This document shows positions 53,391-64,000 of a stretch of 64,000 bases of DNA, piece after piece (within the stretch, counting starts at the first letter, position 1; each line of letters starts with the position of its first letter). The stretch covers positions 13,268,001-13,332,000 of the forward strand of contig CM022666.1 in assembly GCA_012295275.1 (NCBI GenBank), read 5' to 3'. The notes under the pieces are model-generated. The model saw nothing but the letters and a program-made list of their open reading frames with translations, was not told the DNA's origin and did no database searches. The DNA is from Chrysomallon squamiferum. Lineage: Eukaryota > Animalia > Mollusca. A program made the position numbers and the translations under genes.

Positions 53391-56300
53391 TTTTCAATAT
53401 ATAATTTTTTTTTTTTTTTTTTTTTTTTAATATTTTATTACTTGAATGCATGTAGTATTGAGATCTATATACAAGATAACATTTTATGTACAAACCAACA
53501 TTACATTCTATTAACTTGGCATAGATAAAAAAATAAAAAGTGATGGAAGAACAAAGACATGGAGATATATATAATATATATATGTATATAAGAATAAAAT
53601 GAATGACTAAAAAGTATGTCATGTTTACATTTCACTGCTTGCAATGAATGGGTGGTGTTTTAAAAAAAAAAATGTAAAGTTTACTACTTTCTCATCAATG
53701 AATTGAGTAAATTGAAGCTAAAACTAGTCCTAAAGATTAAATTTCTATGCAAAGCGTCAGTGTAAATTGGTTTATTTTAAGTTTATTTTTGAAAATTAGT
53801 TTTTAAATTCTAGTTGATAATAAAATTTCCTCCTCCCCACCCCACCCTCAAATAATCATTTAAAACTATTCCTAAAGCACAAACCCAAAAACTTAAAAAT
53901 GGGTCTGTTTGTTGTCGAGGGTGAATTTAAAAAAACATCCAAATCATTGTCATTAATTTTAAACTAAATAGGTCACCTGTATGTAATCTGCAGGTATGTT
54001 CTACAATTGTTTTAATCTAAAACATTTTAAAATATTTTAAAATGCCCAAAATATTCCCAGATAGTAGAGGTTGCTGTAATGTTCAAAAAAATTTTTTTTT
54101 TTTTACTATTTATGACCAGTAATTTCACATTTTGCTGATCCAAATAAAAACCCTGCACTTGTTTGTTCTTTTCATTAACTGGACGGATATTTACTCCCTA
54201 AAAAAAAAAACATTTTCTTAAATGTAAAAAGAATAAAACCTATATCAATATTTCAACATTTAAAACAAAAATTTATAAATTTATAAACTTACAAAAATAT
54301 TAACAGTATCAATGTTCTTCAATATTTTAAATTATAAACTGGTAAAACATGAGGACAACATTTATATTTTAAAAAAAAAATATTATGAACATTTTTTTTT
54401 TTTTTCCAATCTTTGAATTGCTGAAAACTCCAAATTTTATTCTAAAAATTTATCTGAAATGTAATTAATATAATTTTCAGGTATTTAAGGGAAAAAAAAA
54501 AAAAAAAAATAAAAATAATTTTAACATTAAACTGAAAACTGATCACAAAAACTAGAGATTAATTTTCAAAAATTAAAAATCCATTGCATGACACAGAATA
54601 GCAAACAGTACATACAAAGTTACATCGATAATACTATCAAACAATAACCAGGTAAAAATCGTATGAAAATTATCACTAGAACTGGAAAGAACAAGCTTAA
54701 AACCATCTCAAAATGTTTAATGTGTACAAACTGCAATACTAAACTCAAAACCATTAAGTAAACTAAAATATTTAAAGTCTATGATTAAATGAATTAATAG
54801 TCGAATATATTTTTTATTAAAATAAAAAGGAAATATATAATTTCATATAAATAGAAAAAGAATTATATAGTTTCATATAAATACACTAATAGTTGAATTC
54901 CCAAAATGTCTAGAAACAGCTGACAAAGTCTCTTATAATAAACGTATTTTAAACTGTTTGTTATTTTTAAATTACTTCAATAAACATTTAAATGGGCATG
55001 TATTCACTTTCTCAATGCTACTTTCTAGATTTTTGCATTCAAATAACAACTGTTAAAATAGATTTTTGTTTGACCACAGAAGTTTGCTAAAACAAGCAGT
55101 CTACAATAATAATAAAAAAATCACGGGTTGGAGTTTAATTCTATCTAATAACAGACTACTGTGTAAATAAAAAATTTTGCCATCATATAATCGAAAATGG
55201 AAGACGTACCTGCTTCCTTACTTAAAAATAAAAACACAAAAACAAAAATCAGCCTTTAAACAAATTCATTACATTAATGTTGACAAGTCATTAATTAAAT
55301 CTACTCCAATTTCTGGGTGAGCTTTTAAAAATGGATGGATTTAACTGGAATGTATAGATGAACATTTTCAAAAAAAAAATAAGTAAAAAAAAAAATCTGA
55401 AAAAAAAAAAAATAATAATAAGGTACACAGATCATTTTTAACAGCAGTCATTTCATTGTTTTCATTTATTATTTTTATTATTTTTTTTTTATTTTTACTC
55501 CACACTTAAACATGTTAACTGCAAATGAAAACATGCATTTATATATGAAAATATAATCTTTCCATAACACAACTTTAAAAAAAAAATTTAACATTTTCAA
55601 AAAACAAAAAAAATAAAAATGACAGTAACTGTTACATGAAAAACCCAAACTAGTGAAAACCACACAGAAAACACTGTCAGCCCTCTCGCCTTAAAAATGC
55701 CAAGTTTTAACTGTTTCTTCATTTGACAGCACAGTTAGTATTTCGTATTAATCTCTTTCTATCAAAGGTGAAGGCCATTTAAATTTAGCACTTGGGTGCC
55801 TTCGTTGATTGGCTTTGTACACTGAATATGGAGAGGTGTGCATTTGTATTACATCGCACTACATTTTTATGTACAATTACATATTGCTTATAGGTTTACT
55901 GCCAGTAAAAAGGCACTTAATAACTCAAACAAAACTTGTATAGTGTGATCATGAGGACATTAATATAAATATCATATATATCTTTGTGTAAGAAGAGATT
56001 TTCTTTGTAGACGTTTTGTTACAAGTCAGATGGGCTGTTTAACAAATTTTTAATCTGGTGGGAACAATCGTCAGATATTTTTACACTGGTTTAGACAAAA
56101 CCATTCTCCCACCTCTCCACCAAATTAATAATTTCTTAAACAACCCTTGGACATTTCACAATTTCATTCAGTGACCAACTCCAGATGGTAACAAATTTTT
56201 ACATTTGTACTTGTTACTTGTTTTCAACCAGAGAAAACAGAAACTGGGAATTTCAAATCTGCTGCATTCCTTTTTCCTATAAAATCTTTCATTTGTCTTT

Positions 56301-59300
56301 TGTACAGAATGAAAACAGGTATAACAAATAACCTGTGTTTTCTACTCCCCAGTTCAGTAATCTTAAATTCTTTTCAAGCAGTGATCATACATTTTTAATA
56401 GAATTCTTAATATTTGTTATCAAATTTTCTTTATCAAATTTTACTTCTCCACTTGAAAACAAAAAACACACACGATGTATAACAAATTTCCAATAAAAGT
56501 TAAAAAGATAAATGTATTTTTTCCATCAGGTTAAAGCTTATTTTTGTCCTTGAAGGTAGTTTTTTTGTTTTTGTAATATTTATAATATATACCAAATTGG
56601 TGTGGAAACTCTTTAAATGACAAACGTGTTTGTGGAATATCTGTACTGAATTTGGTTCAACTTTGCGACTAGAAATTGCAGTCAGTTAATAAATGTGAAA
56701 CAAAACAAAACAAACAACATTACAGCAAAAATCAAAGCCAGAGATGTATCAAAAATATTCCTATGACAAAAAGCTGCGATTATACAATGTACATATTCAA
56801 TTCACGGTATTGTAACAACAAGCACAGTTCCTTACCAGCGAGTTGCAGGGTACTATCAGGCATGGTGTTTAGGTCAAACCCACTCAAACTGAACATTATT
56901 TCATTCTACGAGGATGCAAGCACATTAACCCAGGCAAACTTTAAATGCCCTTTTTATTTCCTAATCAAATAAAAACAAATTTAAAATCTCAATAACAATT
57001 TAGATGTCAAGTATAACAAAAAAATATCCTCTAACTGTAACTCTATTTTTTGCATACAGCTAAATCAGTAACACAATTAATTCTGATCTACCCTCGTAAA
57101 CAGGAAAATATTTAAAGTATTAACATTGTCCAATTAAAGGCAAAATGTCAGAATAACGAAAAAATCGAATCATCGAAGAAGATTAAATCGTAACATTGAT
57201 CACAGAGAGTTTTACAATTCAGTGGTTCTTATGCTGCAAACTGTGTGTATAAACGTAGGTAACTGTACAGTTGTTTACTGGTGATTTAACAAGTCATTTA
57301 TCACTTACTTTAAACAGGAACATTAACAACTACTTGTTACACTTAATATGATTTAATATAATCTTAATATATTTTACATAATTATAATTTTAATATAATT
57401 TTAACAGAAACTTGATAAAAACAGAACCTAACAACAATATAATTTGTTTTATTTATAAGTCTGCAATCCATACATTATTAATAATTAGGATATATAATTT
57501 GTGTTGCAAAACTCAAACAATATCATTTTATTTTCTCTAAACAAAAGGAGCAAAATATCTCCCCTAACTGAAAATTATATGTATATATATTTATATATTT
57601 AATAATATATAGGTTTTCTTAATTAAAAAAAAACTTTTTCTATGAACAAAAAATAAAAATCAACCATTTAAAATAAATAACCAAAGTGTATGTGCATTAT
57701 TGCATAATATCTTTCCTATGTTACAAACAGAAGAAAGTCATTAATGGCTATTCTAAGATCTTCCATGTATGAAAGATGGTCAAAATACTACACTAGATAA
57801 AAAAAAAAATCTAAAGATTTATATTTATATTCAGTCAACTTTTTTGTTTGAATCATTTCTGTTCTCAAAAGGAACAGAAATAATTACAAAAAATGAAACG
57901 AACAGAAAGAAAACGTTACTATAAAATATTTTTCACTAATGAGAGAACAAATTTTGAATTATAAAATTATGTTAATTACAGCTTCAAACAAATTTACGCA
58001 AGACTTATTTTCCATTTAGCACAGAACGCGAACCTGAACCGTTAACAAACAAAGAGGAGAAACTTGTAAACAAAGTCTGATGATCTGTACTTTGAAAACA
58101 ATTTTCAAACTTAACTTTATTTATATCCTAATAGTCTGAAGAGGTCAAGAAGAATTATACACAGACCAAGTGAAAAATAATACACATTAACATGAAGATA
58201 TCCAGTCACTTGAGCATGCATGGAGAAAGGACAAAGCTAAGCACTGCCAAGCCTGATGAGAAACAACTAAAAACAATTTTCCCTGCCCATCATTTAAAAA
58301 CTATGTGTTTAAAATACGAATAATAAGTATTGGAATTACTTTTCTTTTTCTTTTTTTTTTTTTTTTTGTTAAACATTTAAGCTATTTAAAAAAATACAAT
58401 AGCTTCCACATCCCTGATCCAGTATAAAAAAATATAGTGCTAAATTTCGAAGCCCATTTTTTTCTTAAACATGTCTGATTAAGCTTTGTAGAAGTATACG
58501 GTTTACATGCATGTGCAAGACAAAAAACGGGCTTCGCAGAATTCAGCTCAATAGTATTTCGAAGTTCTCTCATGCATGAAGAAGAGTGAAGGAAGATAAA
58601 AGTTTTTGTTCTCTGACAAAATGGAATAAGATGGAACCACAAGAGCCTGCTCTTTCTTATAAAATGATTTCGCATCTTTCAAACGCCGTCAACCACCCTT
58701 TGCATTGACAGAGATTTACTGATGTGGGAAGCCACGCTCAGCAATTGGAGGAAGTCATTTGTAAAACCTGTGACGATTAAAGCCCGAGTTCAAACTGAGA
58801 AACCATGGCAACGGCTGCTTAAACAGAAGTTTCCACCTAAACCTTGAAACTGGGTGGGCGTGAGGTCGTGTTGGAAATTTAAAAACTGAAATCTCAAAAA
58901 ACACCCTTTGGTTATGACATGAACCGTTTTCTTGTATATGGCTTTATTACCAATGCAGAGAGAGAGACAGCTAATCAAACTTTTTTTTTTTTTTCATTGA
59001 CTTGATGACTATTTTCAAAAAAAAAAAAAAATATTTGAATTATAAAAACAGATTCTGAAATTTTATGTATGTCTTTGGTTTAACATTCAGGTCAGGTGAA
59101 AACTTTTTCTTAAAAAGTTCAATAATTTTATCTTTCAGAGTTAGTTATGTGTCCATGGTTTTGATTGGTCAACTGTTTTCATGGGTGTTAATTGGTCGTC
59201 TGTTTCCATGTTGCTGATTGGCCAGCTCAGTCTGTGGCTATATATAATACTTGTCTGCAGTGCGTTGTTTCCAGAAAGCACTGCTCCTCGTTGCAATAGT

Positions 59301-59357
59301 TAAAAAAATAAACATTTACTGTTTGTTCTCTCAGGCTTACTGCTGCGTCTGGCCGTC

Positions 59358-59441
59358 TCACAACCAGGTTAACAAATTGTCCATTTTATTTGAGTTCAAC
59401 ACTGTTTCCACATCCTTCAGTAGATCACTGCTTATGTCCTC
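59358..59441 (-). CDS. YAP1: YAP/Yorkie last coding exon (C-terminal PDZ-binding motif)
   Basis: TTTTCAG acceptor. Encodes EDISSDLLKDVETVLNSNKMDNLLTWL-stop; LTWL is the YAP/TAZ terminus. Confidence 0.95.
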   Translation of the reverse strand, partial: EDISSDLLKDVETVLNSNKMDNLLTWL

Positions 59442-59861
59442 CTGAAAACAAAGTTTACAATTAAATGAAAGGCGTGTGCACATATCCTGCATTTTGTTCA
59501 TTAACGAGTCATGAATCAATATGGATGTTTCAGAGATACCAACAAATTTAAAAAAATAATAAGACCTAATTTTTCTATCCAACTTGTTTAATATTATTAA
59601 TTTGTAGTAATTACTGTTGATCAAAATATTTTTTTTAAAAATACAACAAAAAAACATACACCCTTGTGAAAGGATATGATAAAATTATGCAATACAGTTC
59701 TCATCCTGCAGAATTCACTCCATCCTGTATACAAAGACTTTTAAGTTTTTTAGAAAATTTAAGCATTTCAGAGATAAGCTCACTCCTACCGGTCAAGAGT
59801 TCTACTCCTACCGATTTACAGTTCCACTCTTATGAAGACAAAAGGAGACAGTAACACTCAC

Positions 59862-59980
59862 TTGTAAGCTTGGTACAAGATCCTCACTCTCCATATTGTT
59901 GTTGTCACCACTGTCACCAGTGACAACGTTCGAAATGTCCATGCTGCCAAAGTCACTAGCTCCACCAGTCATTTTGGGGC
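59862..59980 (-). CDS. YAP1: YAP exon (transactivation region)
   Basis: TTTCAG acceptor and CAA/GTGAGT donor. Encodes GPKMTGGASDFGSMDISNVVTGDSGDNNNMESEDLVPSLQ. Confidence 0.93.
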
Positions 59981-60471
59981 CTGAAACAAACACAGCAATG
60001 AAAGCAAACAAATTCTTCATCGTCTGTCTGTGTTTTTAAAAAAAAAATTCTTCTGTATGTCTAAATGTATGTGAGTCAGTATGACTGGCTCTGAGAAAGC
60101 ATGTTTGTTTGTGCATGTGTGTCTATGTCATTTCAATATTATGTGCATGTACAAGCATGTCAAAATTATCCAAAACATTAGTAATACAAATAACTTGTAC
60201 AGTTTTTATTTTTTCACCTCAGTGTGTTTTTATTTACCTACCACCTTAACCCAAAACAAAGTGATTAAAAATTTAAAAAAAAAAATCTATAAAATATTAA
60301 TCTATCTCCCAAAATGATTTTATCCTAAAACTGCAAAATATTTTATAAAACTGACCAAGAATTTAAAATTTTAAAATACATAAACCATTTCAGAGAACAA
60401 TTACTATCACAAAACAGTTGAAAATAAAATAACGTCTGCTAGGAAATGCAGGTGTTTAACAGAATGTTTAC

Positions 60472-60555
60472 CCCCATCTTGTGTGTCCATTTCTTCCATA
60501 TTGCCAAGGAGATCTTCAGGAGTTCTAGGCAAGCTATAGCTTGTCCCCATCCCAC
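60472..60555 (-). CDS. YAP1: YAP exon (SYSLPRTPED motif); absent from the ORF track
   Basis: TTTGTAG acceptor and G/GTAAAC donor, phase 1-1. Encodes GMGTSYSLPRTPEDLLGNMEEMDTQDG, matching vertebrate SYSVPRTPDDFL...EMDT. Confidence 0.93.
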
Positions 60556-61234
60556 CTACAAACCAACAGCTTTTTTAAAAATTCAGTTAGACACACATAT
60601 TATACATCTAAGACAAACAAAAAATACTCCGAATGCATTCATCAGTAGAAAACTCACTGCACTAACAACAAAATGGCAGGCAAGCCATAGCTTACACCCA
60701 TCCCATCTACCAAAATATTTACTAAATGGGTTTTTTTCAAACTGTTTTCTTAAACATTTAGCTAAAATAATGATTTTGACAGATTTCTTTCATTGCATCA
60801 AAGAAGATACTTGCAGACTTTGTAAGACAGGAGTGAAATGTTTTTACAAGTGATACACATTACTGTATTTTTGTTACTAGACATTTCTCATTTAATATTT
60901 GGAGTTATGTATACGTTCTTGTATAATAGCATTTCTCAGGATAATGTAATTTTAATATCTGAATATTTTGGATATTTTGATGGTAATTGCACTTAACATG
61001 GACAAATAGAAAATGTGAAAAATATGGCTTTATTCACTGGGTTGCCAAAATGATAAAAGATTCAGATTTAAACTGACAAAATCTGTAAATTCTGACAAGT
61101 CTATTAATGTTACAGAGGACAGAAAGGAAAAATAAAGTCAATGATTTACCTTTATTCAGTGGGTTGCCAAAATCATAAAAAACTGAGATTGGAAATAGCA
61201 GAATCTGTTAATTCTAACATGATTTCTATTAGAG

Positions 61235-61688
61235 TTCTGTAATTTCAGTAACTGATACAAGACAGATGTAAACCAAAGAATTAGCTTTTATTATTTTATT
61301 TTTCAGTCTGTGGGTTTTTAACTGTAGTAGTAGTAGAATTGATTCTGTAATTTCAGTAACTGATACAAGACAGATGTAAACCAAAGAATTAGCTTTTATT
61401 ATTTTATTTTTCAGTCTGTGGGTTTTTAACTGTAGTAGTAGAGAATTTATTCTGAAATTTCCGTAACTGATACAAGATTGATGTAAACCACAGAACTATC
61501 TTTGTTTATTGTTATTACTTTATTTTTCAGTCTGTGGGTTTTTAACTGTAGTAGTAGTAGAATTTATTCTGTAATTTCAGTAACTGATACAAGATTGATG
61601 TAAACCACAGAATTAGCTTTGATTATTGTTATCATTTTATTTTTCAGTGTGGGTGTTTAAAACGTAGCAGTAGAGAATGTTTCTGTTA
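61235..61688. repeat. ~108-117-bp tandem repeat, 4 copies, in a YAP intron next to a splice donor
   Basis: TTCTG(T/A)AATTTC(A/C)GTAACTGATACAAGA recurs at 61235, 61343, 61450 and 61567. Confidence 0.9.
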
Positions 61689-61689
61689 C

Positions 61690-61861
61690 CTAGTCCGCTG
61701 TCTGCACTTTCCTGTCTCGAGTGTAAGTCTGTGGTTCCAGTCTGTCCAAGGAAAGGGTCAGTGATGGACGTCATTTCGTTCGACTGAGAACACACTATCT
61801 CCTGCTGCTGAGGCTGTTCGCCTGCGTTTGCTGCCAGGTTTCCAGTCCGAATCATCATTTC
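61690..61861 (-). CDS. YAP1: YAP exon with LATS site and phosphodegron
   Basis: CTAG acceptor and G/GTAACA donor. Encodes EMMIRTG...TDPFLG...HSRQESADSGL-G (HxRxxS plus DSG). Confidence 0.95.
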
Positions 61862-62276
61862 CTAGTTTCAAAATAATAATAATAATAATAATAATAATTT
61901 CAGCTCTGCATTACCATTAAACTTAGTTATAATTAAATAACCAAATACAAATCTTTGCCAATAATAAAATATGATAATAAAATATTTCATTTTTTGCTGA
62001 TAATGAAGAATAATAAAATATTCTCGTTCTTTGTTAATAATAAAGTACAATAAAATATTTACATCCTTTGTTAATAATAAAGTACAATAAAATATTCTCA
62101 GTCTTTACTAACAATAAAGTATGATGATTAAAATATCCTCATTGTTTGCTAACAATAAAGTACGCCAATAAAACATTTTCATTGTGATGCTTGGAAGCTG
62201 CCAGCTATCTTTTTATCGCTGTGTTTGTGCAGCAGAAACCTGTCAGTATTATGTTTTTAAATCTAGTTACTAAAAC

Positions 62277-62406
62277 CTGGCGTGCGATTTCTTCCTGCCT
62301 CTTCTTCAGGAGTTCCTTCTCAAGCTGCAGACGCTGTAAACATTCCACCATTATCGGTCGCTGACCTTGCCCTTGGGGTGACGTGGGATTTGCTGCCATT
62401 TGCTGT

Positions 62407-62438
<32 letters not shown>

Positions 62439-62485
62439 TTGTTGTTGCTGTTGCATTCTCATTCCAGGACGTTGCAGGTGATGTG
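62277..62485 (-). CDS. YAP1: YAP exon with Q18 tract and coiled coil
   Basis: TTCACAG acceptor and CAG/GTTTTA donor. Encodes HHLQRPGMRM(Q18)MAAN...LQRLQLEKELLKKRQEEIARQ. Confidence 0.93.
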
Positions 62486-63148
62486 CTGTGAAAATGAATA
62501 CACATTATTTTCTTTTTCATCTGAGTAATTCAACAGATAATAAACATTTAAATTGAAAATAAAGATGTGGGTTCAAATGTTTATAAATGTTGATTGTTTT
62601 CTGATTAATTTTTTTGTTAACTACCATAACACAACCACATATGAAACTTAAAAATTCATAATTTATATTCTGTCCCCAATAATTCCTATTATTATTAATA
62701 ATCATTAATGTGAAATGAGAAAATACATGGAATTAATTAGTTAATTAAATTACTAAAATTATCCAACTGAAAAATAAAATGAACGAACAAATAAATCACT
62801 AAATGATAATCAACATGAAACATTTACCAATTTTTAAACAACACTGGAGGGCAAAAACATACTGGTGAAATCAAGAGATCAAATAATATAAATAAAATAT
62901 TATTCACAGCGTTGCAGTAAATAAAAATAAACCTCTGACATGTTATAATAATAAAAAATAATAATAACAAAAATTAATAATAATAACAAAAATTAACAAT
63001 AATGAAAAAATGCTGAAGAAAGATCAAACTGCATAAGTTTTACGTATTTCGAAACGCTAACAAATTTCAAATTTTACGTGGAGTAATTTCGACAGTTAAT
63101 CCTCATAAACATTTATCAGACAAATCAGTTCTTGAAGGTGACACTTAC

Positions 63149-63372
63149 GAACACCTGGATGGAACCAGCTTGTCGTCCTGTTCAGGTGATTGATGTAGTA
63201 GACCTCTCCGTCGGGCGTGAACGCCTGTTCCCAGCCGGGCGGGAGGGGGACCTTGTCGACGGAGACGCTGTTCTGTGGGGAGGACGGGCTGCTGTGGACC
63301 GGGGAATCCTGCGGGGTCCCAGCGTTCAGAGTTTTGCGGGGATCTGACCATTGTGTAGTCTGTGTGAGGTGA
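63149..63372 (-). CDS. YAP1: YAP exon: end of WW1 and complete WW2 (upstream exons not found in the window)
   Basis: CTTTCAG acceptor and C/GTAAGT donor. Encodes HLTQTTQWSDPRK...PLPPGWEQAFTPDGEVYYINHLNRTTSWFHP. The ORF track shows the wrong frame here. Confidence 0.95.
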
Positions 63373-64000
63373 CTGAAAGGAAAGGGTGACTTTTTTTTAT
63401 TTTAAAGCAGAGAAAAAAATGTGAACAAACTACTGCTATGTTCAAATCAGAAACAGTTACACCAGCACGGTTAGAAATATAACTGTATTCTCACAATCAA
63501 CCAAAGCTAAATAATGCAGAAAAAATATCACAAACTACAATTAGCAAGCAAACAACAAGCTCTCTAAAAAAAGCTATCTAAAATTAATTCAAAAAAAAGA
63601 AAAAGAAAAAGAAAGCACTGCAAAATCATCTTCAATATACTAAAAGCCATTTTTAAAAAAACTAAGCAAAGAAGTATGGTTACATTACATTTTCACCTTT
63701 GCTCAAAGTTTAAAGCGACATCAACTTGGCCAATAAATCTAATCAATCTCTTGTTATTTTCTTTTAAATATAAAATGTGCAAAAACACCCTTGTATTCAA
63801 ACTGCAGTATAAATCAATTACATACACATCATTTTAAAGAAGCAATAATTATTTTTAATATGAGCCCGTGCAAAATAAAACTTTTTTCTAAAAAGATTTT
63901 AAACACTCAAACGTGAACCCATTCCACACAAAACAATTTTTAAAATTTAGAATAAAAATAAATGCAAAACATTAATTTGTTCAAACCAATCAGAATGCAT

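Noticed and set aside
63145-63351. 68-aa ORF-track product MVRSPQNSERW...
   Set aside because: It is the wrong reading frame of the YAP WW exon.

Overview
AT-rich, microsatellite-dense animal genomic DNA. It is probably from a lophotrochozoan such as a mollusc, but that is an inference from protein style and repeat content. Almost all ORFs in the supplied track are simple-repeat artefacts. Three spliced genes can be reconstructed by hand. (1) The last three coding exons of a + strand cyclic-nucleotide-gated channel alpha-type subunit (21716-22009, 37403-37708, 39979-40961), lying in very large introns; the upstream exons were not found in the window. (2) A complete six-exon ZNHIT1/Vps71 gene (+, 49307-52602, 159 aa) whose fourth intron is a U12-type AT-AC minor-spliceosome intron inside the HIT zinc finger. 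(3) The 3' six coding exons of YAP/Yorkie (-, 63372 to 59358), with WW2, polyQ, coiled coil, LATS site/degron and a C-terminal LTWL motif. An intronless F-box/LRR pseudogene lies head-to-head with ZNHIT1. The window also holds two tRNA-derived SINE copies, a hAT-Charlie-type MITE, a Tigger4/MER46-like MITE, several minisatellites and a sharp CpG-rich to CpG-poor transition near 49.5 kb. No CRISPR, rRNA or intact tRNA gene was found, and I see no clearly novel multi-gene system; the best leads are splicing, regulatory and transposon observations.
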